From the human T2T-CHM13v2.0 reference genome, Homo sapiens: a stretch of DNA of 64,000 bases. This document shows positions 43,732 through 58,945 of the stretch, piece by piece. The stretch lies in assembly GCF_009914755.1 (NCBI RefSeq), contig NC_060944.1; one strand, written 5' to 3'. How positions within the stretch are numbered: the first letter of the stretch is position 1; each line of letters starts with the position of its first letter. A program made the translations under genes and the position numbers. The notes beneath the pieces were generated by a model. The model was not told where the DNA came from and did not search any database. It saw only the letters and a list, made by a program, of their open reading frames with translations.

Positions 43732-43834
43732 AAGCCCTAAGCTTTTTTGTTTTTTTGGTTTGAGACAGAGTCTCACTCTGTCGCCCAGGCTAGAGTGTAG
43801 TGGAGCGATCTCGGCTCACTGCAACCTCTGCCTC
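43732..43834 (-). mobile_element. Short Alu 3'-end copy carrying the flank of the 42686-42989 Alu
   Basis: CCCTAAGC + T-tract + 3' Alu segment with shared variant GTGGAGCGATC; see findings. Confidence 0.7.
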
Positions 43835-46800
43835 TGGCTTCTGGGGCTCTCTGGATGCTGACTCAGATCCCATTCACTTTGTCCCTTCAAGTCCGGTCCC
43901 CTCCTAGCTGAGTCTCCCCCAGCGCCCTGGGAATGGGGGTCTCTGGCAATTTCTATGTTCTCTTTTCATATCCTCATTATGGTGTAAACTTTATGCCTTG
44001 CTCCCCTTGGGGCTGTCCCTGTTTGTTTTCAAGAGCTGCCTTTTGAAGCGAGAAAAAGATAAAAAAAGAACCTAATCAATTTCTCCTTTCATTTCTGCTG
44101 AAACGATTTTAATTCTTTTTTACACAGTGTAGATCCCTCTGACTTACCAGGAAAGAGTGACATGGGAAGGCTAGGGAGAGAAGACAACGAAAGCATAAAG
44201 CCTCACATTTCAAGACAGCTCATTGTGGCATTTAGAAATGGGGATGTGGGGAGCAGAATTTGGACTCCCAGGCTAATGCTTTTCTGAGCATGTCAAGTTA
44301 TATCCCTAGTCCGCCCAGTGAATATTTATTCAGCACCTATTGTGTGCCAAATGCTTTCTTGACTCATGAACCCTGACTGCTTAAAAGATATGCTTTACTC
44401 TTATTGGTAATGCTGGTAGCTCTTCTTGCGTTTCCTTTCATGTGGATTGTAATAAATAATCTTTTGGAGAAAAATATAGTTATCAGCAATAGTAGTCATT
44501 TGTACACTCGTTGATCTACTCATGTATTCATCTTTAAACAAACATTAACTGAACACCTACTATGTGCCACGCTTTCTAGTTGGGGCTTGGGATCTTGGGG
44601 CTATGACTTTGACCATGACAAGTAAAGTCTCTGCTTTCATATGCCATAAGTATTTGTGTGTGAGAGAGGCAATAAACAAGAGAACAAGTGTGCATGTAAT
44701 GACAGACAATGATAAATAAAGGAAAAGTGAAGTAGGTGAGGGTTAGAGAGTGACAGGGGCAGCTATTTCATGCTCATGTGGGAAAATGATGTCCCTGGCT
44801 AAGGACACTCAACTCACTCAATGGTTACTTCTTGAAGGCACAGAGTTGAGTTACGGATCTTTTCTCTATGCAGCATGCCCCTCATGTTCTTTTTCCTCTA
44901 GTCAGGGATTTGCTGTGCTGAGCCATCCTCGTCCTCACCCTGTTCCTTTGGCTCCTGCCCCACTTGCATTCCTGGGAGTCTAGTCCATCCCTGGGGCCTT
45001 CCATCCACCCGTGCCCTGGGCTACCCTTTGCTGCTGTTCCAACACACCAGGCTCCCTCTCAGATCAGGGCTTTGCATGTGCCATTTCCTCTATCTGGAAA
45101 GTTATTCCCCAAGATACCTGCATGGCTCTGTCATTCACTTATTTATGGGTTTTTGCTCAAATGTTTCCTTCGTGGTGAGTCTTTCCTGGTCCCCCTATTT
45201 AAAATTGCGACAAACCCACCACTGCGTGTAGACATCTGCATTTTCCATCCCCATTTTCTTTATCTCCTTGGCTTTTTATTATCACTTGCTCTACTGCATG
45301 TTTTAATTAGTGGCCACTACCTTTAGGTCAGATGGGATGAGAAGATCTTCAAGGGCAGGTATCTAGGGGAGAACACTGTGACACAGAGCTGTCTTGAGAG
45401 GACTAATGACCTTCAGGTGAAGGCCCCATGCAGCCTGATGCAACCCCATTCTCCTTCCTCTCTCTGATCTTGCTGAGCCTCCACATTGGCCAAGCCCAGT
45501 GAAGAGATGAGTCATGTACAAGTCAGCGTCCAAGGGCACAGAGAAGAATGGAGAAAGGGCTGTGGAGGGGAGGGTCTCCAAACAGTATTCTTTGGACCCC
45601 TAGGGATTTATTAAAGAGTTTTGCACAGTCTTGCAAGGATGCACTGGGCTGGACTTTGATCACTCCACCAACATTTCCACAAGGTACAAGGCCTGACTTT
45701 GAATTTCAGCTCCGCTGCTTACCAGCTGTATGACTTTGGACAAGTCACCGTGCCCTCTGAGCCCAGATACTCATCTGTTCCGTGAAGCTAAAAATCCCTG
45801 CTCTGCATCCCTCTCCAGATGGTTGTGAAGAGTCGATGAGGTTCAGGATGTAGAAGTGCTGCGTAAACAGCTGAGTCTTGGACAAAATTGGTTTTTTTAA
45901 TCAGCTGCCAGCTCCCATTTCCATTGTTGATTTAGAAATTCCAAGTCTAGATGCAAAATAGGTTACTGGTCGCCATGAGGACCTGGGAATGAAAGCTGTT
46001 TTCAGCCCAACCCATCCACTTAAATTGGTCCTTGATGGAAAAATCCATAAACTCCTTTAAGATCCCAGGTGTGGGTAGCAGTTCTGTTACCCATCCATAT
46101 GTAAGACACCCAGTGTCTGCTGGGGGGCTGTAGACAAGATCTTGATTCCAGCTTATTAAATGCTTCAAGTGGCGATTGGTTCTCCTTCCTCCTCCCTTCC
46201 TTACTCCAGCCAAAGGGAGCACCTCTCCTGGGGCGAGGGAGGACAGATGGGTGGGTGGTGGGCAGGGCCGAATGCTTCCTGAGAAGCTGTAGGAAGAGTG
46301 TGGGGGAAACTGCAGGCCCTCTTTTCTTTGTTGGGAGCTCATAAGCCGTTCTATAGCAGGTACGCGATACCCCGCAGCCGGAGCCCCGTGGTCCCAGCTC
46401 CAAGGAGAGCAGAGAACACTGCCTGTGGTTGCCAAGGCATGTAGCTGCAGCGGGCATGTCTCTTTAGCAATCTGGGCCACTAGCCCAGTGTGAAGTTGGC
46501 AGGTGGGCACAACGCTGGCTAATTGCTGTGATTTGGCACTCATATGCGGAGTACAGCGCATTGTACCAAGCTCAGGGGTTAGAGGCAGTTCTCAGCCAGC
46601 CGCCTTTGCCTGCTGTCACTCTCTGGCTTTGATACCAAGTCAAGAATCCTGTTTGTTATTGGGGGTGGGGAAAGAGGCCCTCTTTTTCTCCACTGGGCAG
46701 TGTTGAATCCATCCTCATTTCTGGCCTGGGGGGTCCCGCGGTCAGCAGCCAGCACTCCAGCCTGGGCAAAGGAGGCCTGAGTCTTCGTCTCAGCTCCCAC

Positions 46801-46927
46801 AATCCCCTGTTCCATATCTTTGGACAAGTTCCTTCCTTGTCTCTACCTTGGCATATGCATTAGTAAAATGAGTCTTGTGCTGCCATACTTGAGGCTTCTT
46901 TCAATTCAAATACCTTATGTTTTTAGG

Positions 46928-47090
46928 ACAGGGTTTTCTCAACCTTGGTACTTTGAACATTTGAGGGAGAATAATTCTCTTGAGGGGCTGTCCTGTGCAT
47001 TGCAGGGGGCTTAGTAGCATCCCTGGCCTCTACCTATTAGATGTCTATGGCACTCACCTCACAAGTAGTGACAAACAAAAATGACTCCAA
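46928..47090. mobile_element. MER20
   Basis: CAGGGTTTTCTCAACCTTGG...GGGGCTGTCCTGTGCATTG...CATCCCTGGCCTCTAC. Confidence 0.7.
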
Positions 47091-47100
47091 TAAAAAATAA

Positions 47101-47443
<343 letters not shown>

Positions 47444-47807
47444 TTAGGAACTATTGTTCTAGGGTATAGGCTGAACATTTTGCAGGCTATGGGAAACATT
47501 TCCTTTGAATATTACTCTGGAGTGTAAATTACCGCCTTTATTGTCATGGTCCTTAGTTATTTGACACACGTATTGATCATCTACTATGTGCCAGACCCTG
47601 GGAATATACAATTAAACAAGACAGACATGTCCCTGCCCACGCAAAGCTCTAAGTCTAGAGGGTGCAGGGGGAGAGGGGGACAATATTCATGTAACCACAG
47701 AAAGGAATAAGATAATTTCACATATCACCTTTAAAAAGACAACATGATAGAGTTACTTCACGGTGGCTAATTAATTTTCCTATTTAACAATTTTGAAAGT
47801 TCATGCA

Positions 47808-48341
<534 letters not shown>

Positions 48342-48462
48342 CTAGAGATATGACTAGAATGATTTTTCCTTTGGCCTCAGAATAGATGCCATGCAGGAAA
48401 AAATCTTTTGAATTCCTAAACTTGTTGGATTTATTCAGTAACAGATAATCTTGTTAGAAGGC

Positions 48463-49208
<746 letters not shown>

Positions 49209-50878
49209 AGGCCAGGTCTGATGAACTAGTCCCGGCCAGGGGAAGTGAGGTCAAGTCCTTCTGCTTTCATGAGTCTTTGAAATAAGTAAGCCCAGCTTCT
49301 GATGTAACAACCCCAGGGCAGAGATGCCTGTACCAAGCGGGCCCATCTTCAACGCTAGTTCCACACCCACAGCCATGCCCCTGCGTGCACCAACTCTCTT
49401 GCCCCCTTCTCCTTTTTCTGAATTCTTCCAGCAAAACCCAAACCTTGATGAAATCCAGCTGTTTATAGCTGTGCCTAAGCTGAACAGTGTCTGTAGAACA
49501 CACAACCGTGCCGACGGGTCTGTTTTTAAATTTGGGCCCGCACAATTCAAGTGGATCCTCAGCGCTGCCGACAGTCCCCCTCCACTTCCTCCTTCCCCCA
49601 ATTTTCCTTCCACCCAGGGATTGCTATCTTGCATTTTCTCCTCTTTCGTCGATCTTCAATACACTCTCTCCCTCCTTACTCTCAGCTGATGACTTGCTCC
49701 TTATTTCGCTGAGAAAATAGGAGCAGTCAGAAGAGAAGTCCCTGCCCTTCCTCAGCAGACCTGCATCTGTGCCACAGACTCCACTTTTCCTCCCTCCTCC
49801 ACCTAAGTCCAACTTCCCTGTGCACTGGCCTGCATCCCTTCTCCTTGGGGACTTTATTCCTGCATTTGTCTCTTCTCCACTTCCTGTATTGTGTATTTTC
49901 CCCCTTCAACATTAAAAGGAAAACCTCTGCCAGCATCCCTTTCCCCTCTAACCACCGTACTGGTTCTGTGCTTCTCCTGACTGCACCGTCTCTTGAGTTG
50001 CACACATCTGTGTTTCCGGTTCCTTCGCAGCTGTCTTTAGTGAACCACACCACTGAATCTGCCCAAGACAATCATCACAATCTCCATCTTGTTAAATCCA
50101 GCCGTCCATCCTCACTCATCCATGTACCCAAACTCTCGGCAGCATTTGAGACCATCGATCATGTCACTGGAGTGCATTCTTCTTGATTCTGGGGATGACA
50201 GATACTCCTGGCTTTCCACCTACCTCCCTGCCCACTCCTCAGCCATCATTGCTGGCCCCTCCTCTTCCTCCTGACTTCTGAATGTTGGACTAAACCAGAG
50301 TTCAGTCTTTGGCCCTCTCCTCTCCCCTGTCCACATAGAGCCTGTGCTGATCATATTCAGTCCCAAGTCTTAGAAATACCATCTATATTTGGGTGAATCC
50401 TAAATTTACACCTATGACATCAATTCTCCTTTGTACTATGTAGTACACTCTGTACTAACTACCTATTCAAGAACTCCATGCAGATATCACAAAGTGCCAC
50501 TGACTCCCCACGCCCTCCCCAGACCACACTTGCCTCACCTTCCTCACCTCTTTCTCACCCTAATATTTTCAGCCTGAAATTGTAGGACTCATCCTTCAAT
50601 TCTCCTGTGCCCTCTGCCCTGTTCCATCCAGTCCATCAGCCAGTCATTGGGGCACCCTTCAGAATAAATCCTGAATCCGACTTCTCACCACGCCACCGCT
50701 CTCTCTCCCTGATCCAGGCACCATCATGTCCTGCCTGGAGGAATGTAGCAGCCTTTCACCTGGGCTCCCTGCTGTCACTCTTGTCTCTTACAAGTCGTTC
50801 TCCTCCCTGCAGCTGGAAGGGATCTTTTGAAAGCCTGAGTCAGACCGTGTCATCTGCCTGCTTAAAATCATTCAGTGG

Positions 50879-51206
50879 AGCTGGGTGCTCATGCCTGTAA
50901 TCCCAGCTACTCATCCTGCCGTGGAGCATTTCCTGATCTCACCTGAGCTCTTTGGGAATTGCTTGAGCCCAGGAGTTTGAGACCAGCCTGAGCAACATAG
51001 CAAGACCCTGTCTCTATAAAAACATTTAAAAATTAGCCGAGCGTAGTGGCACATTCCTGTAGTCCCAGCTACTCAGGAGGCTGAGATGGGAGGATAAGCC
51101 CAGGGGGGTCAAGGCTGCAGCGAGCTATGATCACACCACTGCACTCCTGCTTGAGCAACAGAGACCTTCCTTCTCTCCAAAAAAAAAAAAAAAAAAAAAA
51201 AAAAAA
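50879..51206 (+). mobile_element. AluJ with a non-Alu replacement at 50913-50956
   Basis: Alu frame interrupted between CAGCTACTC and ATTGCTTGAG; see findings. Confidence 0.75.
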
Positions 51207-51434
51207 GAAGGAAACTGAGGCACAGAGGATAGGTAATGGCTTAAAGCCATGGAACTATGGAGTGGCAGAGGCAGAAAATGAGCCCAGGCAAATTGCCTCC
51301 CAAGCCAGATGCTCACCTGCCTTGCTGTCTGCTGGTGACTCTGGAGACCGCGTCCCTGATTTCACCTGGAGGCCAGTGAATGGGACCTTGCCTCTCAAAG
51401 GACATTGCCCCTTGTGGTGAGTGGTGGTCAGGAC

Positions 51435-51605
51435 CAGCTGTGTAGTTTGCAGGGCCCAGTGCAAAATGAAAATGTGGGGCCCCTTGTTCAAAAAATATTA
51501 AGAATTTCAAGGTGGGAACAGCAGAGCATTTGAGCAAGCACAGGGCCGTTCTGAGCCCGGGGATCCGTGTGATGCACAGGCTGCCTGCCCCTGAAGCTGG
51601 CCCTG
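51435..51605. mobile_element. MER91-like hAT fragment
   Basis: GGGCCCAGTGCAAAATGAAAATGTGGGGCCCCTTGTTCAAAAA. Confidence 0.55.
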
Positions 51606-51943
51606 GTGGTCTGGACTGGGCTCCGCCTCTCAGCAGACTCAGGGCTGGCTGGTGCCCTGGGCTTGCTCCTGGGCTTCCTCTGAATGCTTTGCCAGCCTCC
51701 TAACTCCTCTGAAGACCCAAGGCAAACCCTGAGATCTGCTAAGAGGCCCCGAAAATGAAGCTGGAAATTTTCCTGGCTGCACTCATCTCCACAAAGAACA
51801 TAACTGGATACATCTGGAATAATTCCATGTGGCTCAGGCTGGCCCGGAACCCCAACCAGCCGAGGCAAGATCAAGGAAATGCTCCATAAACCAGGATCCT
51901 CATGTTCCTTTTCTAGTATTACGACGTAATAAATAATAATAAC

Positions 51944-52239
<296 letters not shown>

Positions 52240-52316
52240 ATGACATTAATTATATGTCATATATAATAATAATGCATTTCAGCCATCATATACTGTACTT
52301 TTGGCATTTATATTTA

Positions 52317-53203
<887 letters not shown>

Positions 53204-53299
53204 TACTTAACTTTTGCATGTTGTGCATTTCCTGAAAATAAATGCTCCTGAACTAACCTGTTTGTATCCAAAGTTATAAACTGTTTTCTCCTCTTTCTT

Positions 53300-53594
53300 C
53301 TTTTTTTTTTCCCTCCTGTTTTAGACAGGTTCTTGCTCTGTCACCCAGGCTGAAGTGCAGTGGCACGATCACAGTTCACTGTAGCCTCAAACTCCTGGGG
53401 TCAAGTAATTCTCCCGCCCCAGCCTCCCCAGTAGCTGGGACTATGGGTGTGCATCACCATGCCTGGCTAATTTTTGTAGAGACAGGGTTTTGCCAAGTTG
53501 CCCAGGCTGGTCTTGAACTCCTAGGCTCAAGTGAGCCTCTCACCTCAGCCTCCCAGAGTGCTGGGCATACAGGTATGAGCCACTGCGCCTGGCC
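53300..53594 (-). mobile_element. AluJ
   Basis: Reverse Alu with J diagnostics. Confidence 0.8.
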
Positions 53595-54108
53595 TCCTTC
53601 TTGTTCTGGAAAACTCTTACTGCTGTAGTTTCCTGCAAAATTCAGCTCAAGATTTTAATGCTTCTGAAATCATTGACAAAAAGGAAGAACTCAACCCACT
53701 CCCCCATCCAATACCCACATGCAACATTAATTACTTACATTATTATAAATGTCATGCTGCAATGGGATGGGCCCAGCCCAAACTTGTCCTCACACAGTTC
53801 TGTGTCCAGCCATACTGCTTGAACCCAGATTCATAATTTGGGTCCTGGACACTGGTCCTTGTAATCCAAGTGAGCAGAGCTGCTTGGGCCAATCTGACAG
53901 GCAGGCAGGGGAACCATGCCCTGATGTGACCAGCCTTGTGCATGGGACATCTGTGGTTGTCAAAGACTGTAAACAGCCTGGCTGGGAAACATCCAGCCAT
54001 CAAGTGGTATATTGCGGTGTCCCTGCAATTGGCTTAGTGAATGTTCATCTCACATTGACTTCTCAGGGGTCTCTGTAGCAGGTATAAATCTTCGTCTGTA
54101 TAAGTTAG

Positions 54109-54458
54109 CGTGTTAGTATGTTCTCATGCTGCTAATAAAGACGTACCCGAGACTGGGTAATTTATAAAGGAAAGAGGTTTAATGAACTCACAGTTCCACG
54201 TGGCTAGGGAGGCCTCAAAATTGTGGCAGAAGGAAGAGCAAAGGGACTTCTCACATGGCAGTGGGCAAGACAGCTTGCGCAGGGGAACTCCCATTTATAA
54301 AACCATCAGATCTCGTGAGACTTATTTACGACCACGAGAACAGTATGGGGCAAACAACCCCCATTATTCAATGATCTCCACCTGGCCCCGCCCTTGACAC
54401 ATGGGGATTATTACAATTCAAGGTGAGATTTGGGTGGGGACACAGCTAAACCATATCA
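54109..54458 (-). mobile_element. THE1 (MaLR) solo LTR
   Basis: GCTGCTAATAAAGACGTACCCGAGACTGGGTAATTTATAAAGG...AAACCATATCA; 5-bp TSD GTTAG/GTTGG. Confidence 0.85.
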
Positions 54459-54686
54459 GTTGGGCACTCCAGGAAAAAGAAGGAGCACACTTCTTTACTT
54501 TCTTCCATTTCACAATGGTGGCCAGTTCAACCTCAGTCATTAACAAGGCTCTCTATCTTCCTCCACAACTGCCAGGGGTGTGCCAGGGTCCCAGCAATAC
54601 CAAAGCACTAGGAAAGCCCTGGCTTCTGTTCCATGTTCAGGGTACAGGATATTCTCTGAGGCTGGGCATCCCACAGCATCACCCAA

Positions 54687-54897
54687 GGCCAGTTGTCCTC
54701 AACTGGGGGCGATTTTGTCCCCCAGGACATTTTTCCGGAGATATTTTTGGTTGTCACAACTAGAGGTGCTCCTGACACCTAGTGGGTGGAGGTCAGAGAT
54801 GCTGCTCAACATCCTGTAATGCATAGGACAGCCCCCAATAAAACAAAGAATTATCCTGCTCCAAATGTCAAGAGTGCCAAGGCTGGGAAGCCCTGCC
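54687..54897. mobile_element. MER20
   Basis: CTCAACTGGGGGCGATTTTGTCCCC...TTTTTGGTTGTCACAACT...GGACAGCCCC. Confidence 0.7.
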
Positions 54898-55929
54898 CTT
54901 AACAATTCCCAAGCCTCTATTTTCCTAGCCTTTTGACTCCTGGACGCTTTATAGTCTGGGAACCTCTCTCTTCACGTTTTCCTGTATGTAATGTCCTCTT
55001 TCCATTCTTGTGATGAAGGATGAGGCACTCTTCAAAGGAGCTGGTCTTTCACCAGCCTCAGAGATGAAAGGTACCTGGTCTAAGCCAATCATGCCACACC
55101 CTTGTGCTAGACACTGGCTGTGCCAGCTTCCTTTGCAGCTAGGAGTTGCCACGTGATGCAGCGAGTGAGATGTCAGGGGAAATGTTTCAGGGCCTTCTAG
55201 GAAAGAGACTGTTCCCTGGCTGAGGTGTTCTGGAGAGGAGAGCTGGCTGGTGTCAAGTCCTATAGCCTTCTTACCGGAGGCACTTATGTGAGGATGTGGT
55301 GTGTGGGGTTGTGGCAGCCACCTTGAGACCAAGAGGTAAATCAGAAGAATTGCAGCTGTAGACATGCCTGACCTCGATGAGCCACTGAATGTAACCATCA
55401 CTTCCAGGCCTCTCATTAAATAAATAAGCCACACATGTCTTTAGACCATTACTTAATACACCTAGGCAGGTGACTTAATCTTTCTTTGTCTTACGCTTGC
55501 ATAAAGTTGTGGACATTTAATGATATGATATATGAAGAACATTTGACCAAGAGCCTGGCATATAAGAAATATTCAATGATGTATCGTAGATGCTTTTGCA
55601 CTGTCCCTATGAACTGAATTAATTAGGAATAATAATGTGGGTCTTATGGTAAGTTTCTTCTACTGATTGATTATTCACTCAATTATTCAACAAATATGTA
55701 TTAGAGCCTGCCATACTAAGATACTGGAAATGAGAGGGAATTATTTTAAAAGAATAAAATTAGAGGGAAACAATACCCTCTAATTTTAACAGGAAGTTGT
55801 CTATTAGGTCCCAAAAAATTTTTCTTCTATTTACGAGAAGTATTTTGCAAATTTTAGTTGTCTACATCTGTCTTTATATTTATGGTAGTTATTTACCAAG
55901 TCCAAGCCATTGTACAGTACTGTTTTACA

Positions 55930-56335
55930 GTGAGCAGGCCTATGCAAACCTATCTCAAAGTCTGAAGAAGCTGGGAGGCCGAAGAAAGAGGGTGACAAAT
56001 CCAGTTACTTAGAAAGAAACATTTAATAAGGACCAGAAGCCATGCTGGTGTGCTGGGCAGCAGCGAAACAAGATGGTGGGTCCCCACACCATTACTCCCC
56101 AGACCCAGGGCTTCTTATGCCACAGAGGAGGGGTGGTTCAGAAGGAATGTGTGGGATAGTTGAAGTAAGATAACATCGAGGTTGTCTGACTTAAGGGCAG
56201 GATTTATGGTAAGTACCTGCTCTTATACAAGGACAATAAATCAACTGGAAATCTTAGAGGACTTCTCAGAACTGGAGTTCATCAGAAGCCAACATGGTGG
56301 ATTAGCTTCCAAGATGGTGCTACTTTTGTCCTACA
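55930..56335. mobile_element. ERV LTR fragment (family uncertain)
   Basis: GCCGAAGAAAGAGGGTGACAAATCCAGT...AAACATTTAATA and AAGCCAACATGG...CCAAGATGG resemble recalled ERV1 LTR consensus. Confidence 0.4.
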
Positions 56336-56350
56336 AATACCTGTAGTATT

Positions 56351-56668
<318 letters not shown>

Positions 56669-57323
56669 CACCTGTACTATTCTTGACTTAGTTTTTCTTT
56701 AAACCAACTTACTTTTTTGGTTAATAGATTTACTTTAAAAAGAAAGTTGGTATCATTATGGTAAACAGAAAAGCAGTATCACTTGGCATAAATAAAAATA
56801 GCCAAAACATAAATGCAATCAAAGACTTGAATGTCATTAGATTATAACAAAATATTCATTGTGTACAATCTAAAATCATCTTGCACATCACAGGTTGTAT
56901 CTATACTGCACTTACAGAAACTCTAAAGAGAATAATAATACTTAGTAAAAAAATTTAAAGTTGGAAAACCTGCTAAGATTCATAAATGCTGCAATGGGTC
57001 TAAAGAGAGAGAAGTTTGACATAAATAATGTGTAAATTATACCCAATTATTCCTCGACATTTCATCATATTTAGAGGAAAATTACTATGAAATATAGTGT
57101 GGGTTTCTGGTTAACAATATTTTTCCCCTCAAGTTTATGAAACATTTCCCTATCATAATCCCCAAGATATTTCACTGTGAGCATAGGAATCCAATAATGC
57201 CTTTCAACAGTGATTTACTCTGCAATTGGCATTCATATTTACTTAACTTTTGTAGGTTGTGGACTTACTGAAAAATAAATGTGACTGAAACAGCCTGTTT
57301 ATGTCCAAAGTTATAAACTGTTT

Positions 57324-57575
57324 CTGGAGTGCAGTGGCGTAATCTCTGCTCACTGCAACCTCCACCTCCTGGGCTCAAGTGATTCTCGTGCCTCAGCCTC
57401 CTGAGTAGCTGGGACTACAGGTGTGTGTCACCACACCTGGCTAATTTTTGTTTTTTAGTAGAGGTGAGGTTTTGCCATGTTGGTCAGGCTGGTCTTGAAC
57501 TCCTGACTCAGGTGTTCTGCCTGCCTCTGCCTCCCAAAGTGTTGGGATTACAGGCGTGAGCCACCACATCCAGCC
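57324..57575 (-). mobile_element. AluS lacking its 3' ~35 nt and poly-A tail
   Basis: Starts directly at CTGGAGTGCAGTGG; flanked by ATAAACTGTTT on both sides. Confidence 0.8.
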
Positions 57576-57714
57576 ATAAACTGTTTTCTTTTTCTTATTC
57601 TGGAAAACTCTTAATGGTCACTTTCTTGCAAAAATCACTGAAGATTTCAACACTTTTAAATCACTGACAAAAGGTTCACCCTCCTTGCTTCATATCCAAC
57701 ACACAGTTACAATT

Positions 57715-57938
57715 TCAAGAACAGATGTATAATAACTTGCCCTTGAATAAATGTAAACCTGAATTACTCAGACTTTGGGAAGCATATCAAGTTTGATTAT
57801 TTTGTGACTGTCAGTTGAAGCTGTGATGGGTAGGAGTAGGTTCTGAAGAAATAGACATTCTCACTGACAGTTGTCCTGGGAAGAGAGGTGAAATGAGTTA
57901 GGGGGCTGAATCCAGGATGATGCTGTTTAGAAAAGGGT
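57715..57938 (+). repeat. Copy 1 of a ~225-bp direct duplication (partner at 60544-60768)
   Basis: Manual alignment gives ~21 differences in ~225 bp. Confidence 0.9.
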
Positions 57939-58019
57939 AGTTTGATGGTAGGTAAGATTTACGAGTCAATATAAACAATTTGGAGGTGGTAGTCCTCAAG
58001 AATGTGAGGGGTCAGGCAA

Positions 58020-58945
58020 CTATAGAATGGAAGACAGCATTTGCAAATCATCTGATAAGGGGTTAGTAGCCAGACTATATAAACAACTTCTACCATTCAA
58101 CAACAAATGAACAACCAACCTGGTTTAAATAATGGACAAAGGACTTGAATAGACATTTCTGCAAAGAAGATACACAAATGGCCAACAAGCACATAAAAAG
58201 ATGCTCTATGTCACAAATCCTAGGGGAAATGAAAGTCAAAACACAAGGAGATACCACCACTATCCATTAGGATGGCTACTATTAAAAAAATAATAATAAA
58301 AAGTGTTGGTGAGGATGTGGAGAAATTGGAACCCTTGTGCAATGTTGGTGGAAATTTAAAATGGTGGAACTACCTTGGTGGTTCCTCAAAAAATTACACA
58401 TAGAATTATATGACCCAACATTCCCACTTCTGGATATACACCCAAAAGAAATAAAATCAGGAATTTGAACAGATGTTAATACACTAATGTTCATAGCAGC
58501 ATTATTCTCAATAGTCAAAGGGTGGAAGCAACTCAAATGTCCATTGATCGATGAAAGAATAAACAAAATGTGACATATACATACAATGGAATATTATTCA
58601 GCCTTAAGAAAGAAAGAAATCCTGACACACGCCACAATGTGGATGAAGCTTGAGGACATTACGCTAAGTGAAATAAGCAAAAGACAACAAATATTGTATG
58701 ATTCTACTTATATAAGCACCCAGAGTAGTCAAATTCATAGATACAGAAAGTAGAAAGGTGGTTGCCAGGGGTTGGGTGGAGGGAGGTATGGGGAGTTGTT
58801 TAATGGCTATAGAGTTCCAGTTTTGCAAGATGAAAAGGATTTTAGACATAGATGGTGGTGACAATGTGACTATGCTTAGCAGTAGTGAACTGTACACTTA
58901 CAAATGGGTCAGATGGTAAATGTTATGTTATATGTATTTATCACA
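58020..58945 (+). mobile_element. L1M (L1MB-like) 3' end
   Basis: GACTTGAATAGACATTTC, GTGTTGGTGAGGATGTGGAGAAATTGGAACCC, GGAATATTATTCAGCC. Confidence 0.85.
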
